Below, in pieces: positions 43,915 through 51,500 of a DNA stretch of 51,500 nucleotides. The notes under the pieces are model-generated. The model saw only the letters and a list, made by a program, of their open reading frames with translations. It was not told the origin of the DNA and ran no database searches. The translations under genes were made by a program, and so were the position numbers. This stretch comes from an uncultured Opitutaceae bacterium (GTDB lineage: Bacteria; Verrucomicrobiota; Verrucomicrobiia; Opitutales; Opitutaceae): NCBI GenBank assembly GCA_964526145.1, contig CAZGJB010000001.1:1-51500 (forward strand), in the 5' to 3' direction. Numbering within the stretch: the first letter of the stretch is position 1; the number at the start of each line of letters is the position of its first letter.

Positions 43915-45786
43915 ATGCTGCCACCTCGTGACATTGTCCAGGTTGCCCGATATCTGGGCCCTCGCTGGCTCGCCTTCCGGGCGGCTTACGCGTTGCGCCG
44001 CAGGCTGGGCAGGCTAAAGCGTTCCTCTCCACCCTGCGATTGGAAAGATCTGCCCACGCCGTCGCTGCGGCTTGCGCGATCTTCGCAGGTAAGGCCAAGC
44101 CCAGAAGCCCCAGGGGCTTCTGCGGCACTCCGGGCTGGTGAGTTCCGGCTGTTCTCCCATCGTCGCGTTGCCGCCGGATTTCCGCCGGATTGGCACGCGA
44201 ATCAGATGACGGACGGCGAAGTGCGGAGGACGGCCTCAAAGCATTGGTCGGAGATTGGAGATGCGGGGGAAGGGGACATCAAAGGGGTTTGGGAACTCAG
44301 CCGGTTTGGTTGGGCGTTTGGGCTTGTTCGCGAGGGCGGGGAGGAGGCGACCGCAGTATTCTGGGAGCTTTTCAGCGACTGGGTCGCAGAGAATCCGCCA
44401 AACCTCGGTGCCAACTGGATGTGCGGCCAGGAAGCTTCAATTCGCCTGATGGCGGTTGTAGTGGCAGCGGAGCGATTGGGCGTCCCTGCGGAAATGAATG
44501 ACCCGCTTGCGCGATTGATCGTCGCCACGGGGCGCCGGGTGAAGGCCAATCTCGGGTATGCGCTCAGCCAGAAAAACAACCATGGTGTAAGCGAGTGCGT
44601 CGGACTGCTGACAGCCGCCTTGCTGGTGCCTACGCATGACGAGGCAGCCGGGTGGAAACGAGATGGTCTCGCCGCACTCGAGGTGCAACTGACCGAACTG
44701 GTCTATGCGGACGGGGCCTTTTCCCAGCATTCACTCGTCTACCACCGGGTCCTGTTGAGTCAGCTTTGTTGGGCGGCGCTGCGTTTGAAGGCGGCCGGCG
44801 AACTGGAACCTGCTTGGCTTGTCGCGGCTGGGAGGCGGGCGACGGCGTTTCTCGCGGCGATCACCGATCCGGCCACCGGCGAAGCGCCTCTCTACGGCGC
44901 GAACGATGGAGCGGATCTTCTGCCGCTTTCGGCCTGCGCCTTCACCGACATGAGGCCGGCTGTTCAATTGGGCGCCGCAGTCTTCGAAGGTGCAAGACGG
45001 TTTGAATCCGGACCCTGGGATGAAACGGCGCGGTGGCTGGTGGATGGCTTTGACGGGCTGCCCAGCGAGGTGACGAGCTTGCCGAAGCACTGGCATGCGG
45101 TCCACGGTGGTCTGTTTCAGCTGTGGCACGGCGCGGACCGCCTCACGTTACGCTGTCCCGCGCGTTTCGAGCATCGGCCAAGCCAGGCGGATTTAGGACA
45201 TGTGGACGTTTGGCTTGCGGGAGCACGGGTCGCCATCGATGGCGGATCGTTCTCCTATAATTCGCAGGAACGTTTCACTGCGCTCGGCACCGCTCGCGAG
45301 CACAACGGAATCACCGTTGACGGTCGTGAACCGATGCGAAAGGCGATGCGTTTCTTGTACCTACCGTGGCCAACCGGTCAGACAGAGGACCTTGGGGATG
45401 CCGGCTTGAGGTACACGCCGCGGCTATATCCGGAACTTGGGGTAGCTTGGAATCGGTCGGTTAGGGTCCGGGACGGAGGAGGCTTTGTGGTCGAGGACAT
45501 CGTTTCCGGCGCGGCCGGTCATCTGGTGCGTTGGCATTGGCGCCTGGCACCTGGGGAGTGGATCCTAGACGCGGCGAGGGGTGTGATCGAGGCAAAGGCT
45601 CATAGCTGCAGAATCCGGTGGACACAATTGGCCGGCTTGGCGGTTGATCTAGTCCGTGCGGATCAGCAAAGCGCCGCTGGTTGGGAGTCGCGCCATTACG
45701 GTGAAGCGACCCAAGCGACTTCACTGTCGCTGTGCGCCCGAATTGGCCGTGAAGCCAAGATGACTTTCGAGTTTTTTAGTTCCTAA
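43915..45786 (+). CDS. Heparinase II/III-like family protein
   Basis: 623 aa. The call rests on ...SQKNNHGVSECVGLL... (the NNH toroid motif as I remember it) and on the recurrent neighbourhood with a bi-domain oxidoreductase and a WbuB-like GT4. It needs an HMM check. Confidence 0.5.
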   Translation: MLPPRDIVQVARYLGPRWLAFRAAYALRRRLGRLKRSSPPCDWKDLPTPSLRLARSSQVRPSPEAPGASAALRAGEFRLFSHRRVAAGFPPDWHANQMTDGEVRRTASKHWSEIGDAGEGDIKGVWELSRFGWAFGLVREGGEEATAVFWELFSDWVAENPPNLGANWMCGQEASIRLMAVVVAAERLGVPAEMNDPLARLIVATGRRVKANLGYALSQKNNHGVSECVGLLTAALLVPTHDEAAGWKRDGLAALEVQLTELVYADGAFSQHSLVYHRVLLSQLCWAALRLKAAGELEPAWLVAAGRRATAFLAAITDPATGEAPLYGANDGADLLPLSACAFTDMRPAVQLGAAVFEGARRFESGPWDETARWLVDGFDGLPSEVTSLPKHWHAVHGGLFQLWHGADRLTLRCPARFEHRPSQADLGHVDVWLAGARVAIDGGSFSYNSQERFTALGTAREHNGITVDGREPMRKAMRFLYLPWPTGQTEDLGDAGLRYTPRLYPELGVAWNRSVRVRDGGGFVVEDIVSGAAGHLVRWHWRLAPGEWILDAARGVIEAKAHSCRIRWTQLAGLAVDLVRADQQSAAGWESRHYGEATQATSLSLCARIGREAKMTFEFFSS

Positions 45787-45787
45787 G

Positions 45788-47026
45788 ATGCGAATTCTGT
45801 ATTTTCACCAACACTTCGCCACTCCAGGTGGATCAAGCGGTACTCGATCTTATGAGTTTGCAAGGGCACTCGTTTCACGAGGTCACCAAGTAACGATGGT
45901 TTGTGGACAGCTAAAGTCAGGCGGATTTGAATTACCTTGGGATGCCCGGAGTAAGTGGTATGCTGGGCGCATTGATGGCATTGATATCATCGCCCTCCCT
46001 CTTTTCTATTCCAACCGTGACCGTTTGTTGAAGCGTATGCTCGTGTTCTGTCGGTACGCTTGGCGTAGCATTGGAATCGCCGTGCAACGTGACTATGATG
46101 TTCTATTTGCCTCCTCGACACCATTGACCGCAGCCCTGCCTGGCATTGTTTCCAAGACGCTGGGACGCCGACAACCATTCGTGTTTGAGGTGCGTGACCT
46201 GTGGCCGGAGCTTCCTCGCGCTCTGGGATTAAGAAGCCCGATTTTGCTTGGCGGCATGAGTCTGCTTGAATGGTTAGCCTACCGAGCAGCTGATGCTTGT
46301 GTTGGGCTGGCGCCGGGCATCGTGAGTGGCATCAAACGACGTGCTCCTGCGCATCGGCGGGTGTGCCTTATTCCGAATGCCTGCGATCTTGAGTTATTTC
46401 ATCCAAAATTCCGCACCAACGGTTTTTCGCTCTCGGGCGTGGAACCTGGCGATTTTGTCGCTGCATTTACGGGTGCGCACGGCGTTGCCAACGGATTGGA
46501 TGCAGTGTTGAACGCTGCCGGCGAACTAAAGCGGCGTGGTCGTGGAGACATCAAGCTGGTGCTGATCGGTGATGGTGCGATGAAGGAGTCATTGCACCGG
46601 CGCGCTTTACGGGAGAATCTAGATAACTGCATTTTCTTGGCTCCGGTACGGAAGACGGAGTTGGCCCGCATCACCGCCAACATAGATTGCGGTCTCCAAA
46701 TCCTGGCCAATATCCCGGCGTTTTATTACGGCACGTCGCCAAACAAGTTCTTCGATTATATTTCAGCGGGCGTGCCCGTCCTTACAAACTATCCAGGTTG
46801 GATCGCGGATATGGTAAAAGAAAATGCCTGTGGTATAGCCGTCCCCGCCGATGACTCCGCGTCGTTTGCGGCGGCACTTTGCAAGTTCGCTGACGAGCCT
46901 GTGCTTCGGAAAGAGATGGGCCTTAACGCAAGACGGCTCGCCGAAAGTGAGTTTTCGCGATACAAGATGAGCGAAAGATTCCTTTCGTTAATCGAGACAT
47001 CCCATACGAGTCCCCATCATGACTAA
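45788..47026 (+). CDS. Family 4 glycosyltransferase, WbuB-like
   Basis: MRILYFHQHFATPGGSSGTRSYEFARALVSRGHQVTMVCG is the characteristic WbuB/WcaI-type N-terminus. Confidence 0.75.
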   Translation: MRILYFHQHFATPGGSSGTRSYEFARALVSRGHQVTMVCGQLKSGGFELPWDARSKWYAGRIDGIDIIALPLFYSNRDRLLKRMLVFCRYAWRSIGIAVQRDYDVLFASSTPLTAALPGIVSKTLGRRQPFVFEVRDLWPELPRALGLRSPILLGGMSLLEWLAYRAADACVGLAPGIVSGIKRRAPAHRRVCLIPNACDLELFHPKFRTNGFSLSGVEPGDFVAAFTGAHGVANGLDAVLNAAGELKRRGRGDIKLVLIGDGAMKESLHRRALRENLDNCIFLAPVRKTELARITANIDCGLQILANIPAFYYGTSPNKFFDYISAGVPVLTNYPGWIADMVKENACGIAVPADDSASFAAALCKFADEPVLRKEMGLNARRLAESEFSRYKMSERFLSLIETSHTSPHHD

Positions 47027-47798
47027 TAGACCCATCGCTTGGCGACGATATGTTGAAGTGGAGTCGGACTGGGAGTGGCGAGATGGAAAGCTCTGGAACC
47101 GTTCGGCAACTACTCTTGCCCGATCAGCGAACCCCACAGGCTGGGCCGCAAAGTTTGTCGGGCTTGTCTACGCCGACCAAAATCGCTCCCCCGTAGTGCG
47201 ACGCACGCTGCAAAGTCTGCTCGCCTCGCTCCCCGCCGATGCTATTGCGCTCAACATTGGTTCTGGGCAAACCGATTATCCAGGCGTCACGAATTTGGAG
47301 ATCTGCGACGGACCGTCCATCGACATAGTCGGGTACGGCAGCCGTCTGCCCTTTCGCGATGGCACGGTCGATCTAGCCATTGCTCAGGAAGTCCTCGAGC
47401 ATGTTGCTGACTTCCCTTCGCTCGTTGGTGAGATCCATCGCGTGCTTAAGCCGGGAGGGCGTTTTTATTGCCAGGTTCCCTTCCAGATCGGATTCCACCC
47501 GGGGCCTGCTGACTACTGGCGTTTCTCGCGGCAAGCCTTGGAGCACACGTTCTCCGCGCCGTTATGGGAGCGGGAGGCGCTCGATATTACGTTGGGACAT
47601 GGGTCAGGATTATATCGAATCCACGTCGAGTTCTGGGCGGTGACGTTGAGTTGTTTATCGCAGAGGTTCTATAAGCCGACAAAAGCGGCGGCGGCGCTAT
47701 TGGGCTATCCACTGAAATTCTTCGACGTATTGACACCCTATTCTCGCGAGAAGGATCGTATTCCTGGTGGTTATCTCTGTGTTGCCCGAAAGATATGA
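47019..47798 (+). CDS. Class I SAM-dependent methyltransferase (Methyltransf_11-like)
   Basis: LNIGSG, LPFRDGTVDLAIAQEVLEHV and LKPGGRF are present. It overlaps the upstream gene by 8 nt. Confidence 0.7.
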   Translation: MTNRPIAWRRYVEVESDWEWRDGKLWNRSATTLARSANPTGWAAKFVGLVYADQNRSPVVRRTLQSLLASLPADAIALNIGSGQTDYPGVTNLEICDGPSIDIVGYGSRLPFRDGTVDLAIAQEVLEHVADFPSLVGEIHRVLKPGGRFYCQVPFQIGFHPGPADYWRFSRQALEHTFSAPLWEREALDITLGHGSGLYRIHVEFWAVTLSCLSQRFYKPTKAAAALLGYPLKFFDVLTPYSREKDRIPGGYLCVARKI

Positions 47799-48766
47799 AG
47801 GCGCACCTGACCTTACTGCTCACATCTGCCGGGCGGCGCGTGGAATTGATCAACTGCTTTATTGAGGCTGCGCGTGGGCTCTCATTGGGATTGCGAGTGT
47901 TGGCTGCTGAGGCGCGACCGGAATTGAGCGCAGCCTGCCAACTCGCCGATGGCTGGGAGAGATTGCCGTTGTGCCGTGACCCCGGGTACGTCCCCGCATT
48001 GCTGGAGCTTTGCCGACGGAGGCAGGTTGATATACTAGTGCCGACAATCGACACCGAGCTTGAGGTGCTCTCGCAGCACGCTGTAGCGTTTGCCGCAGCA
48101 GGCACGTGGCTCGTCATCTCCGCGGCAGAGCTTGTTGCGGTCGCTCGCGACAAGCAGGCCACATCAAATCGCCTCCGCGATGTCGGCGTAGTCGTTCCGC
48201 ATACGCTGTCGCTGGCAGAGTTTCGGATGCGGCCAGAAGAACTCTCTGGTGAACTCGTCGCGAAACCTACCGATGGTAGTTCTTCGATCGGACTGGTGCG
48301 AGGCTGGACGGTCGCGGATTTCGCGGCTTTGCCAGCGGCGGGCTACCTCGTGCAGGAGTGCTGGAAGGGCAACGAGTTTACAGTGAATCTTTACTTTGAC
48401 CGAAAAGGTGTATTGCGGTGCGCGGTGCCGCACCGGCGATTGGAGGTGCGGGCTGGTGAAGTCTCGAAGGGTCGCACCGAAAGAGTCCCACAACTCGAAG
48501 AAGCGGCCCGCAAGATTGCTGCGGCGCTCTCGGGCGCTCGGGGACCGCTTTGTTTCCAGGCGATAGTCAAAGAATCGGGCGAATACGCCATCTTCGAGAT
48601 CAATGCCCGCTTTGGCGGCGGTTACCCACTGGCCCATCGAGCGGGTGCGCAATTCGCGAAATGGCTACTGGAAGAAGCAGCCGGATTGCCATGTACCGCT
48701 AACAATGACTGGAAGGCTGGCGTGACGATGCTGCGCTACGACGCGGCCGTGTTCATCGATGGATGA
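47795..48766 (+). CDS. ATP-grasp domain protein
   Basis: LLTSAGRRVELI, D.LVPTIDTEL, VAKP..GS.S.G, and the C-terminal FEINARFGGGYP are typical of CarB-like ATP-grasp ligases. The start overlaps the upstream stop (ATGA). Confidence 0.7.
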   Translation: MKAHLTLLLTSAGRRVELINCFIEAARGLSLGLRVLAAEARPELSAACQLADGWERLPLCRDPGYVPALLELCRRRQVDILVPTIDTELEVLSQHAVAFAAAGTWLVISAAELVAVARDKQATSNRLRDVGVVVPHTLSLAEFRMRPEELSGELVAKPTDGSSSIGLVRGWTVADFAALPAAGYLVQECWKGNEFTVNLYFDRKGVLRCAVPHRRLEVRAGEVSKGRTERVPQLEEAARKIAAALSGARGPLCFQAIVKESGEYAIFEINARFGGGYPLAHRAGAQFAKWLLEEAAGLPCTANNDWKAGVTMLRYDAAVFIDG

Positions 48767-49460
48767 GCCGTGGCGAATTCGTGTCGTCGTCTTCGACCTC
48801 GATGACACGCTCTATCCCGAACGGGACTATGTTCTAAGTGGATTTGCGGCTGTCGATCGGTGGTTGGTTGCGCAATGCGGAGTGATTGGGTTTTATGAGC
48901 GGGCGCACGCCTTGTTTTCGGCCGGTCAGCGTGGGAGGATCTTTGATGAAGTACTTACGCAGTTGGGCCTGCCCGCGGCGCCTGCGCGGGTTGCGGAACT
49001 CGTGGACGTCTACCGACAGCATGTACCCGCGCTCCGCCTATTCTCCGATGCCGATGCGGTACTTCAGCAGATCGCGCATGGTTTTCAGTTGGCGTTGATT
49101 ACGGACGGCTACCGCGTGGCCCAGGAGAAAAAGATCGCAGCCCTGGCCCTCACTGCACGTATTCCGTTTTGCGTCGTCACCGATGCGCTCGGCCGCGAAT
49201 TCTGGAAGCCCAGCCCGGAGCCCTATCGCCGCGTGATGGCGCATTATGGTGGTCAAGCCGAGGGCTACGTCTACGTTGCGGATAACCCGCGCAAAGACTT
49301 CATCGGGGCGCGGCGATTGGGATGGAAGACCGTGCGTGTCCGGCGTCCAGGTTGCGAGCACTCTGAATACGAACCAACTGCTGAAGAGTCGGCGAACGTA
49401 GAAATCCCGTCGTTGCTAAACTTGATACCGCTCATGGTGCCAGTGAGGTACGCAATATGA
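48759..49460 (+). CDS. HAD-family hydrolase
   Basis: Motif I is VVFDLDDTLY. LITDG and ...KP.P..Y... are present, and VADNP..DF resembles motif IV. Confidence 0.7.
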   Translation: MDEPWRIRVVVFDLDDTLYPERDYVLSGFAAVDRWLVAQCGVIGFYERAHALFSAGQRGRIFDEVLTQLGLPAAPARVAELVDVYRQHVPALRLFSDADAVLQQIAHGFQLALITDGYRVAQEKKIAALALTARIPFCVVTDALGREFWKPSPEPYRRVMAHYGGQAEGYVYVADNPRKDFIGARRLGWKTVRVRRPGCEHSEYEPTAEESANVEIPSLLNLIPLMVPVRYAI

Positions 49461-50134
49461 AGTTGAGGGTACTCATTTTGGGCGCCTGCGGCGTCCTGGT
49501 GTTAGTCGCGTTATTGTCTCAGTTGCTGTGGAGGAGCGATGCATTGCCTGGCAAAGGCAGGCACCTGCTCTTCGCTCTTCCCCAAGATATCGTTGGCTGG
49601 AGCGGCCGCGAAGTACCCTTGGGTCAAACCGAGGCGGCCGAGGGTCAGGTCGAAGGCGTGCTGCGGTATGATGATGTTTACAATCGGGAGTTCAAGAGTG
49701 TGCGTGGCACGGTCAGCCTATACGTAGCGTACTGGGAGCCCGGGAAAATGCCGGTGCAACTGGTGGCATCACATACACCCGACCGGTGCTGGACCAGTGC
49801 CGGCTGGAATTGCCGGGAGATGCGACACGGTGCCAAGTTGCCTGGATTGAGACCTGGCGCTGGCCGAGATTTTGAAGGGCCTCATCTGGTACGCCTGAAT
49901 GTGATTTTCTGGCATCTCGTCGGAAATGACCTCTACGATTACGGCGAGCGCTTCACGCAGGTGCCTCATCCATTGAAGTGGTGGCGCGATGCCGCAAAGC
50001 AGATAGTTGTTCGCCCACAGGAGCAGTATTTCATCCGGCTGACCAGCGACCGGCCGTTCGAGGAGATCTGGCAGGATCCCGGTTTTCAGGAAGTGCTCTC
50101 GGCGCTGGCGAAGCTGGGGTTGGCGGCTGACTGA
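49457..50134 (+). CDS. EpsI-like (exosortase-associated) protein
   Basis: It has an N-terminal TM anchor. Then come ...VGWSGREVPL...YDDVYNREF...VSLYVAYWEPGK...HTPDRCWTSAGW, which matches my memory of the EpsI pattern (W.G.....L, aromatic-rich YY..Q, hsP..C....GW). It needs an HMM check. Confidence 0.5.
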   Translation: MKLRVLILGACGVLVLVALLSQLLWRSDALPGKGRHLLFALPQDIVGWSGREVPLGQTEAAEGQVEGVLRYDDVYNREFKSVRGTVSLYVAYWEPGKMPVQLVASHTPDRCWTSAGWNCREMRHGAKLPGLRPGAGRDFEGPHLVRLNVIFWHLVGNDLYDYGERFTQVPHPLKWWRDAAKQIVVRPQEQYFIRLTSDRPFEEIWQDPGFQEVLSALAKLGLAAD

Positions 50135-50160
50135 GGCTAAACGACGCTTCCCATTTACAA

Positions 50161-50186
50161 AGCAGGCACAACGTGCCTGCTTTTTT
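50161..50186 (+). terminator. Rho-independent terminator ending the polysaccharide operon
   Basis: agcaggcac-aac-gtgcctgct runs into TTTTTT. It lies 27 nt after the EpsI-like stop. Confidence 0.75.
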
Positions 50187-50191
50187 GTTGC

Positions 50192-51500
50192 ATGGATTCC
50201 CAATCGTCGCGCCGCCTGATTGCCGTGGCCGGGATCGTCGGCGCCGCCTTGGCGCTGATGCTCGGCCTCGTGTGGTGGCGCGCGCCCCGGCTCGCGGCCA
50301 TGGCGCTGCGACCGGTGCTGGCGAATGATGTCGAGCGGTGGTTTATGCCGGGGGAGATTGGGAAGGAAGACGGACGACGGAGGGCGGAGGGAGGAGGTCT
50401 GTCTTCCGATGTCAGTCATCAGGCGTCTGCCATCGGTCAACCGTTCCTAACTCGAGCGACGAGCGGAGTCGACCAAGCGGACGGCGGCGCTTGGGCGCGG
50501 TTCAATGGGCTGACGTCGCGGTTGGAGTTTTCGCACAATCTTGGCGGGGTGTTTCCGCCGGAGGTGTACGACACCCATCCGGAGTTTTTTCCGCTCGAAG
50601 GTGGGAAGCGGCTGCGGCCGCCAAAGGGGTCGGGATGGTGGAATCCCGATATCTCCACACCGGCCGCGGCGGCATTTGCGGCCAACAAGGCACGCGAGCA
50701 TTTTGCCAAGCATCCTGAGGCGGTCTCGTTTGCGCTCGGGGTGACCGATGGGCTGATCTACGGCGAATCGCCCGAGCTCCTGGCGCTCACGACTCCGCTC
50801 CGCTGGTTTCGCGAGCGACCCGATTACTCCAATCTGGTGTTCACGTTTCTAAACCGGACTGCCGCCGACCTGGCGACAACCCACCCGGACAAATACCTCG
50901 GCACCTTGGCCTATTACTGGACGGAGAATACGCCCGACTTCCCCGTGCACCCGCAGGTGATCCCGTTTCTCACGGCGGACCGGTCGCAGGGGTATGATTC
51001 CGATTTTCGGACGGAGGAGCGTGCGCTGCAGGCGCGCTGGGTGGCGCGCCTCAACGGCGAACGTTCAACATCCAACGCTCAACATCCAACATCCAACGAG
51101 GCCGAATCCGAAAGACCGCCGCGACGGCTGGGGCTTTATGATTATATCTATGGCAATGGGTTTTTGATTCCGCGGATTCACACGCGGTTGATTGCGGAAA
51201 ATCTGCGGGAGGCGCGGCGGTTGGGGTTTACGGATTATTATGCGGAGCTGTATCCTAATTGGGGGCTCGATGGGCCGCAGCCTTGGCTGGTGGCGCAGTT
51301 GCTGCAGAATCCGGAACAATCGGAGCGACGACTGCTGGCCGAGTACTACCGGCGGTATTATCGGGAATCGGGTCCTCTCATGCAGCGGTTTTTCGAGCGC
51401 TGCGAGGAGCAGTGGATGAACCAGCCGGGGCGGTCGTACTGGCTGAAGCACTATCGCAATGAATCGCAGGCGGCAATTTTCCCCTCGGCACTGTGCCGTG
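50192..51500 (+). CDS. DUF4838-like protein, N-terminal part (3' end outside the window)
   Basis: This ORF is not in the ORF track because it has no stop inside the window. I translated it by hand from the ATG at 50192: MDSQSSRRLIAVAGIVGAALALMLG... (TM/signal), ...GVTDGLIYGESPE..., ...LAYYWTENTP..., ...GFTDYYAELYPNWGLDGPQPW.... The frame is open to nt 51500. Confidence 0.6.
   Translation, partial: MDSQSSRRLIAVAGIVGAALALMLGLVWWRAPRLAAMALRPVLANDVERWFMPGEIGKEDGRRRAEGGGLSSDVSHQASAIGQPFLTRATSGVDQADGGAWARFNGLTSRLEFSHNLGGVFPPEVYDTHPEFFPLEGGKRLRPPKGSGWWNPDISTPAAAAFAANKAREHFAKHPEAVSFALGVTDGLIYGESPELLALTTPLRWFRERPDYSNLVFTFLNRTAADLATTHPDKYLGTLAYYWTENTPDFPVHPQVIPFLTADRSQGYDSDFRTEERALQARWVARLNGERSTSNAQHPTSNEAESERPPRRLGLYDYIYGNGFLIPRIHTRLIAENLREARRLGFTDYYAELYPNWGLDGPQPWLVAQLLQNPEQSERRLLAEYYRRYYRESGPLMQRFFERCEEQWMNQPGRSYWLKHYRNESQAAIFPSALCR

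Noticed and set aside
43902-43931. A short ATG-initiated ORF directly after the wecC stop, as an alternative start context for the heparinase-like gene.
   Set aside because: It terminates after 9 codons. The long ORF starts at the ATG at 43915 in another frame.

Overview
This is a 51.5-kb bacterial chromosomal window. Most of it is very GC-rich (60-nt lines I spot-counted were about 65-78% GC). An AT-shifted block lies at about 26.9-37.8 kb, where spot counts were about 23-48% GC. Gene content (a giant Ig/IPT surface protein, an EpsI-like gene, a DUF4838-like gene) makes me guess a Verrucomicrobiota/Opitutales-like genome, but I cannot verify that. Layout: (i) 1-10.9 kb holds housekeeping and accessory genes: galK 3' end, pilD-like, aroE, SirB1-like, yggS, LysR regulator, TlpA-like, DMT permease, 5-formyl-THF cyclo-ligase, tspO, uvsE, GH4 glycosidase and a HAD hydrolase. 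(ii) 11.1-20.1 kb is all minus strand. It holds an orphan three-gene operon with no domains I recognise, a 530-nt non-coding GC-rich stretch, and a 1,740-aa secreted multidomain protein. (iii) 20.6-50.1 kb holds hisC and then a Wzx/Wzy-type polysaccharide locus of about 28 kb. The locus contains an OM beta-barrel, a Wza-like exporter, a Wzc-like tyrosine kinase and a GbsR-like regulator. It also has a CapE/FnlA-type dehydratase, a C-methyltransferase and a reductase. Next come Wzx, Wzy, several glycosyltransferases, a GT2-WbuX fusion with HisH/HisF paralogs, WecB/WecC, a bi-domain oxidoreductase and a heparinase-like protein. It ends with a methyltransferase/ATP-grasp/HAD trio and an EpsI-like protein. 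(iv) 50.2 kb to the end is the 5' part of a DUF4838-like gene. I recognised no rRNA, tRNA, CRISPR array, transposase or integrase. Four things deserve a second look. First, a family of composite non-coding elements (tandem heptamers GGTNATN flanking a GC hairpin core) sits exactly at gene ends. Second, the orphan A-B-C operon and its flanking non-coding DNA are unexplained. Third, the compositionally mosaic polysaccharide locus predicts an unusual C-methylated and/or acetamidino 6-deoxy-HexNAc. Fourth, it carries a GT2-amidotransferase fusion and an EpsI-like gene with no exosortase in the window. All functional calls rest on motif and family recognition by eye; I ran no database search.
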